Below, in pieces: positions 6,713 through 11,102 of a DNA stretch of 11,102 bases. Each line of letters opens with the position of its first letter. Positions within the stretch are counted from its first letter, which is position 1. This DNA comes from Candidatus Thorarchaeota archaeon. Lineage in GTDB: Archaea > Asgardarchaeota > Thorarchaeia > Thorarchaeales > Thorarchaeaceae. Position numbers and translations under genes: made by a program. Where the stretch lies: NCBI GenBank assembly GCA_020348985.1, contig CP070761.1, positions 222,855 through 233,956 on the forward strand, given 5' to 3'. Under the pieces are notes generated by a model. The model was not told where the DNA came from and did not search any database. It saw only the letters and a list, made by a program, of their open reading frames with translations.

Positions 6713-7956
6713 ATGTCGTCCACCTCTATTTCATAGAGGTCCCAACCTTCCTGAAGACTAGCAACTTCTATTGGTCTCTTGCCATTCTGAACATATTCTA
6801 CAACGTCTAGAAGACTCATGCCCAATAATCCCATGCTGATGAGATTCCTTCCTGTGTGCCAGAAGTCACAATCATATAGATGACATGCGATATTGATTAC
6901 AGCATCAATGGCGGGAGTGTCAACACCGCACAGTTTTCCTAAACGAGAAATAGGTACGAGTCCTGTTGGGACATCTTCTAGAACATATCGATGTTGAAGT
7001 GTGTCTGGACTCCCGACTCCATCATATGCATCTATGCTTCGAAGACATTCACAGAGCGATTCACCTTCAGCACCATACGCGTCCTGAAGCCAATCCAACA
7101 GGGTCATTGGATTTCGTGAGAAGTGTTTTCCCACTTTCACTCGCTCAGTATCCATTCTTTCAATTAGCTGTCCTACTGATTCAGATATTGCATCATGATA
7201 ATGGTTGTATCCACCATGTTTTGACTCTAATAGTCCTGCACACAAGATTGTTGGAGCCGGGTGTAGCATCGCACCAACATTGTTCAGCCCTGTTTCCAAC
7301 ACAGTATTGGCACGAACAAGAGAAATTGGAAGTACCTTCAAGCGGCTTAGGTACTCTTGGTTTCTAGTTGCCGGAAACGCACTGACTTGAACTCGGTTTT
7401 TGATCTTAGATATCAAGACGGAACTTGACCCGGTGGTTCTGGAAACAAAGCTAAAGGTCTGCGCCTCTCCCAATAGAGCGTAGTCTCCATCCGGGCAGAC
7501 TCCAGCAATCTGTGCAAACTCTAATGCGCCGCCAGTACGTCCTGGCATCAGAAGAACTAGCTGATTCTCTTCTAAATGTGGAGACATCCTGTATGCGAAG
7601 AAACTGTGGGCCTGAGCTGGCACAGTCACAATCAGAATATCTCGATTGCGGATAGTCTCTTCCATGTTATCAGAAACAATGCGAATAGGAGCAAATCCAT
7701 TGATTACTCCATAGACATCAAGGCCACCTCGTTCTATGATCCCCCGAACATTGTTGAGTGTACGATTGTAGAGTGAAACATCAAAACCATGGAGAGCAAG
7801 GTATCCAGCAAGACCTCTACCTGCGTGTCCTCCGCCCAACACGGCTATCCTAACCGAATACGATTTTCTTTTCTCACTCTGCATCGTTTGAATACGCACC
7901 GAATCTCCAAGTTCAGTCTCTAATGATTGATTACTAATCTTGGCCTTGGTGACCAT
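6709..7956 (-). CDS. NAD/NADP-dependent octopine/nopaline (opine) dehydrogenase family protein
   Basis: Rossmann 'IAVLGGGHAG', 'GEAQTFSFVSR', 'LNNVGAMLHP', 'MDTERVKVG' and 'HRYVLEDVPTGLVP'. The start is ambiguous (GTG 7962, ATG 7956 or ATG 7884). Confidence 0.92.
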   Translation of the reverse strand: MVTKAKISNQSLETELGDSVRIQTMQSEKRKSYSVRIAVLGGGHAGRGLAGYLALHGFDVSLYNRTLNNVRGIIERGGLDVYGVINGFAPIRIVSDNMEETIRNRDILIVTVPAQAHSFFAYRMSPHLEENQLVLLMPGRTGGALEFAQIAGVCPDGDYALLGEAQTFSFVSRTTGSSSVLISKIKNRVQVSAFPATRNQEYLSRLKVLPISLVRANTVLETGLNNVGAMLHPAPTILCAGLLESKHGGYNHYHDAISESVGQLIERMDTERVKVGKHFSRNPMTLLDWLQDAYGAEGESLCECLRSIDAYDGVGSPDTLQHRYVLEDVPTGLVPISRLGKLCGVDTPAIDAVINIACHLYDCDFWHTGRNLISMGLLGMSLLDVVEYVQNGKRPIEVASLQEGWDLYEIEVDDI

Positions 7957-8075
7957 GTACACCCTTCAATTGACCAACTCAAGTTAGTAACCAATGAGCT
8001 CGTCTCATTCTCTTGGAAGCTTGGCTAATCCCTATTCCGCACATACCCTCGAATTTCAGCTTATTAGTATTATGA

Positions 8076-8095
8076 CCTTTATATACCTTATAAGG
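8076..8095. promoter_or_regulatory. TATA box with adjacent perfect palindrome upstream of the islet operon
   Basis: cc-TTTATATA (8078-8085; TATATAAA on the minus strand) abuts the perfect 10-bp palindrome CCTTATAAGG (8086-8095). Confidence 0.45.
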
Positions 8096-8174
8096 AGACA
8101 CCCATGCATACAATGTCCATCTTGGGGCATATAGACGAGATTATCCACTATTACTGTGCGGAACTGCAAATCGA

Positions 8175-8209
8175 AGAAATGATGGCGCTGAGGGAGAGAT
8201 TTGAACTCT
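8175..8209 (-). repeat. att-like direct repeat, tRNA-proximal copy
   Basis: agaaatgAtggcgctgagggagagatttgaactct. It covers the tRNA T-arm through CCA plus 8 nt of trailer. Confidence 0.95.
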
Positions 8210-8295
8210 CGAGTGCATAACACACTGGATGATTGCAGGACTGCCAATAGCATTCTTTAGCAATCCAGCGCCATACCAGGCTTGGCTACCTCAGC
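8183..8295 (-). tRNA. tRNA-Ser(GCT) with a 27-nt intron at 37/38 and encoded CCA
   Basis: Acceptor GCTGAGG/CCTCAGC with G73 and CCA; D-stem GCC/GGC; anticodon stem CTGGA/TCCAG with loop TT-GCT-AA after splicing; long variable arm GTGT-TAT-GCAC; T-arm GAGAG-TTCAAAT-CTCTC. Mature length is 86 nt. Confidence 0.97.
8231..8257 (-). other. tRNA intron with bulge-helix-bulge splice motif
   Basis: A 4-bp helix TTGC/GCAA is flanked by 3-nt bulges TA|A and TC|A. Intron sequence: AAGAATGCTATTGGCAGTCCTGCAATC. Confidence 0.92.
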
Positions 8296-8448
8296 ATGAG
8301 TAATGGCTTCGAGAAGGGTTCATCTCATAAACATTTTGACAGACTAGATAGAATCGATTTCAAATCTACCTGGCTGCAAGAAGATGTTGTATTGCGGAAC
8401 ACAAGCATCTTTTATTCAAATGATTACCTTCTCAGTGCAGGGATTCCG

Positions 8449-10365
8449 ATGGCGGGGGTGTCCGACAAGAAGCGCACACTGTTGATACTCTTCTTAGTTG
8501 GCTTGTTGGTAGGCGTGGGTTTCTATCTTGCCCCACTGAAAGAAACCAGATGGGGACCCGACGATTCTCAGAACGACGCCGATTCGGTTGCTATTCAGAA
8601 AGACATGGATCATGCCATTGAAGTTCGGTCAAATAGAGAACTCGAGCTGATTAGCAGGTCTGGAAGTGGAACGGCGGATAATCCTTTCATCATAGAGAAT
8701 CTCACAATCGGACTTAGTTCTCCACGGATTGATATTCGTCACGTGAATGTCCATTTCATAATTAGGAACGTATTTCTCCCGTCTTCAACTCCTTCTTCTA
8801 TGTACGGAATCTACTTTGAAGAGGTGGCATTTGGAACAATAGAATCTTGCAGGATTGACTTATACGCCACATATAGCATAGGGCTCTACAAATCCAATTC
8901 CTGTACTGTACATAACAATACAATTACAGGATCTCAGTACCAATCGATGTTGATATACAACTCCACTAACATCTTCGTTTCAGGAAACAAATTCCTGGAA
9001 CACAGAATAGAGCTAGGTTTTGTCAAAAACTGTACTATCAATGACAACGTGATTATTGATGCTGGACTTTCTCTCGGCAACGGCATGAATTGCAGCTTGG
9101 TCAACAACACCTTCACACGAGAAGGGATTACTGTTGATGGTGATTTGGTTGGCTATTTTGATCATATCATCTCCAACAACACTATAGATGGAAGACCAAT
9201 TGGATACTTCAATAATGTCAGTGACATCTCATTGAACCTTGAGGGTTACTCTATGGTGGTTCTCGCGAATTCGACGAATACTATACTGATGAATGGGCAC
9301 TTTCTGGATGTAACAACCGGAGTCTTCATCGCATTTTGCACCAACTCTAGAGCTATTGGAAATGTGATCCGAGATTCTGAATATGGAATCTCGGTTCATC
9401 GTTCAGATTCAATCTCAGTAACGAACAACACAATCTACAACATCACGAATTTTCCAATTCATCTGTATGGGTCACATAGATGCGTAGCAGAGGGGAATTC
9501 AATAGAGCGAATAGACACTTGGAACATTAACCAAGGTGTGAGGGTTCAGTCTTCAACAGAATGCAGAATTGAGAACAACGTGATTCATGGAACTGAGACT
9601 CCAATTTTCACTGTCTACTCAGTAGGCTGCATAGTTCACAACAACACCATCTATCGTGGTCACGGGCCTGGGGTTTTCATCTATCGTTCAACAAACATCA
9701 CTGTGATACAGAATACTGTTTATGAAAGTAGAGAGGGAGTCCATGTTCTTGCGTCGGATAGCTGCTCAATCTTCCATAATCACCTAATCAACAACACAAG
9801 TTCAGGCATTGGAGTCTATCATGCAGACTACCTACATATCTATGACAACACTATCGATGGAAATGGACACAATGGAATATCGCTCGATCTGTCTATGAAT
9901 TCAACACTTCTTGGCAATAACGTCACCAACAATATGCGCAACGGCGCCTTGATTTCTCATTCAAAGGGAACAGCAATTCTAGAGAACTCATTTTCGTACA
10001 ACAACCACTCTGGCCTTTTTCTTCACAACTCTGAAGATTGCGATATTAGAGGGAATGACATAGTGTTCAACAGAAGGTATGGAATTCGTATTGATTCAGA
10101 GTGCTCCTTCAACATCATTGTCCTCAACAGAATCGGATGGAACAACATCAGTAACGCTATCGATGACGGGACAACAAATTCATGGGATAATGGCACTCTT
10201 GGAAATCATTGGAGTGACTACAATGGCACCGGTGTCTATGTCATTCCAGGGACCGCAGGTGCAGTGGACAGATATCCGTCGCCATTGCTTGAAGCCCTGT
10301 CCCTCATAACCAATGAACAGATGGCGAATGTCCGGAATTCCCTTCGGGTTCAAGAACTAGAGTAA
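8449..10365 (+). CDS. Membrane-anchored right-handed parallel beta-helix (NosD/PbH1 repeat) surface protein
   Basis: N-terminal 'KKRTLLILFLVGLLVGVGFYLAPL' anchor; 'GSGTADNPFIIENL'; many 'GI.l..S.n..I.nN.I' repeats; terminal 'GNHWSDY..G.Y.IPG...D.YP'; numerous N-x-S/T sequons. The start is moved from 8296 (which abuts the tRNA 5' end) to ATG 8449. Confidence 0.88.
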   Translation: MAGVSDKKRTLLILFLVGLLVGVGFYLAPLKETRWGPDDSQNDADSVAIQKDMDHAIEVRSNRELELISRSGSGTADNPFIIENLTIGLSSPRIDIRHVNVHFIIRNVFLPSSTPSSMYGIYFEEVAFGTIESCRIDLYATYSIGLYKSNSCTVHNNTITGSQYQSMLIYNSTNIFVSGNKFLEHRIELGFVKNCTINDNVIIDAGLSLGNGMNCSLVNNTFTREGITVDGDLVGYFDHIISNNTIDGRPIGYFNNVSDISLNLEGYSMVVLANSTNTILMNGHFLDVTTGVFIAFCTNSRAIGNVIRDSEYGISVHRSDSISVTNNTIYNITNFPIHLYGSHRCVAEGNSIERIDTWNINQGVRVQSSTECRIENNVIHGTETPIFTVYSVGCIVHNNTIYRGHGPGVFIYRSTNITVIQNTVYESREGVHVLASDSCSIFHNHLINNTSSGIGVYHADYLHIYDNTIDGNGHNGISLDLSMNSTLLGNNVTNNMRNGALISHSKGTAILENSFSYNNHSGLFLHNSEDCDIRGNDIVFNRRYGIRIDSECSFNIIVLNRIGWNNISNAIDDGTTNSWDNGTLGNHWSDYNGTGVYVIPGTAGAVDRYPSPLLEALSLITNEQMANVRNSLRVQELE

Positions 10366-10400
10366 TATTGGCAAACAGTGTAGAATAAGTAACGCATAGT

Positions 10401-11102
10401 GTGATAGTGAACGTGGTGGGGAACAGTCAGATTCCATCTTTCTTTATGCTATTGACATTGATCATCGCAAGCTGTATGATTACTCCTTTACCATCTTCGG
10501 ATCTCGAGAATATTGAAGCTGAATATGGCGGAACATGGGATACTGATGGACAAGATACCTGCGAGGATCTCGAGATTAATAAGCATGGTGAAGCATATAC
10601 TGTAGGCACATCAATCCCTTCCCCAGGGAATCTAGATATCTCTCTTGTCAAATGGAATTCTGAGGCCAATGTGACATGGGTTAGAGTCATGCATGGCATA
10701 AACAGCAGCTATCCAAGGGCCAACGCGCGTGCTGTCGAAACATTTGGCGACTCGGTTTTTGTTGTCGGAGGATGTCAGAATCTGCTAAATGATGTCAGGA
10801 TGCTGTTAGCCAAGTGGTACTCAAACGGGACATTGGCATGGTATGTCATAAGTGAAGAAACCAGAGAAGGCACCGATCTGGGAATTGCGATTGACGGGTC
10901 CATCTATGTTGTCGGTCTAGCCAACGTAACCCAACCCGGGCTTTTCCTCGCTAAGTTCAACTCGTCCAACGGACATCGCGAATGGATGAAGCGGTTTTCT
11001 GGCTACTATACCGGCTATCTACCAAGATTGGAAATCTCAACTGACGACCATGTCATAACTTTCACATCATCAACAGTCATCAGGTGGAAGCTAAATGGTG
11101 AG
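10401..11102 (+). CDS. Secreted beta-propeller repeat (SBBP-like) protein, 5' part only
   Basis: The frame is open to the window end. Signal-like 'FFMLLTLIIASC' is followed by repeats 'GEAYTVGT..DISLVKWNSEANVTW', 'DSVFVVGG..MLLAKWYSNGTLAW' and 'DGSIYVVG..LFLAKFNSSNGHREW'. The start is uncertain (GTG 10401, 10407, 10413 or 10416). Not in the ORF track. Confidence 0.8.
   Translation, partial: MIVNVVGNSQIPSFFMLLTLIIASCMITPLPSSDLENIEAEYGGTWDTDGQDTCEDLEINKHGEAYTVGTSIPSPGNLDISLVKWNSEANVTWVRVMHGINSSYPRANARAVETFGDSVFVVGGCQNLLNDVRMLLAKWYSNGTLAWYVISEETREGTDLGIAIDGSIYVVGLANVTQPGLFLAKFNSSNGHREWMKRFSGYYTGYLPRLEISTDDHVITFTSSTVIRWKLNGE

Larger units (their letters stand above)
4493..8209. mobile_element. 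tRNA-Ser-integrated genomic islet (~3.7 kb, no intact integrase)
   Basis: Same-orientation repeats 3682 bp apart. One copy is the T-arm/acceptor/CCA end of the intact tRNA and the other is an isolated tRNA 3' fragment. The cargo is a metabolic operon. Confidence 0.8.

Noticed and set aside
7957-8060. Cobalamin riboswitch upstream of the B12 operon
   Set aside because: Only 'AAUAGGGA' resembles the consensus. The GGUG-AA-UCC, GCCACUG and B12-box elements are absent.
8183-8295. tRNA-Sec or tRNA-Cys reading (TCA and GCA triplets near the intron 3' end)
   Set aside because: BHB geometry gives a GCT anticodon. The 7/5 acceptor/T stems, G73 and long variable arm fit Ser, and the extended Sec acceptor and D stems are absent.
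8296-8448. N-terminal 51 aa of the 689-aa ORF
   Set aside because: It begins immediately at the tRNA 5' end and covers the divergent promoter region. The basic-plus-hydrophobic anchor begins right after ATG 8449.
1-11102. CRISPR array, IS element or transposase
   Set aside because: No regularly spaced repeats, terminal inverted repeats or transposase motifs were seen. The only long repeat is the tRNA-derived pair.

Overview
Archaeal chromosomal window, most likely Asgard (Thorarchaeia-like). The evidence is an EF-1alpha carrying the 'GEFEAG' TACK/Asgard/eukaryote insertion, an intron-containing tRNA with a BHB motif, and NosD-type surface proteins. The left part holds a flavodoxin-fold gene end, a RimJ/RimL GNAT, a tandem-SH3 protein, an ICMT-family methyltransferase with an apparently lost stop, a stand-alone EF-1alpha with its own promoter and terminator, a HEAT-like protein and a membrane zinc-ribbon protein. 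The main feature is a ~3.7 kb islet (4493-8209) inserted at the 3' end of tRNA-Ser(GCT) and bounded by a 34/35-bp direct repeat, with no intact integrase. It carries a translationally coupled minus-strand operon: opine dehydrogenase, then a fused B12-binding/TIM-barrel enzyme resembling glutamate mutase S+E but with altered motifs, then an unannotated 32-codon remnant of an AsnB-like gene. A small OB-fold-like gene follows. This trio is the best candidate for an uncharacterised B12-dependent opine/amino-acid pathway. The right part encodes a membrane-anchored parallel beta-helix protein and a partial beta-propeller protein. Family assignments come from motif recognition by eye; no searches were run.
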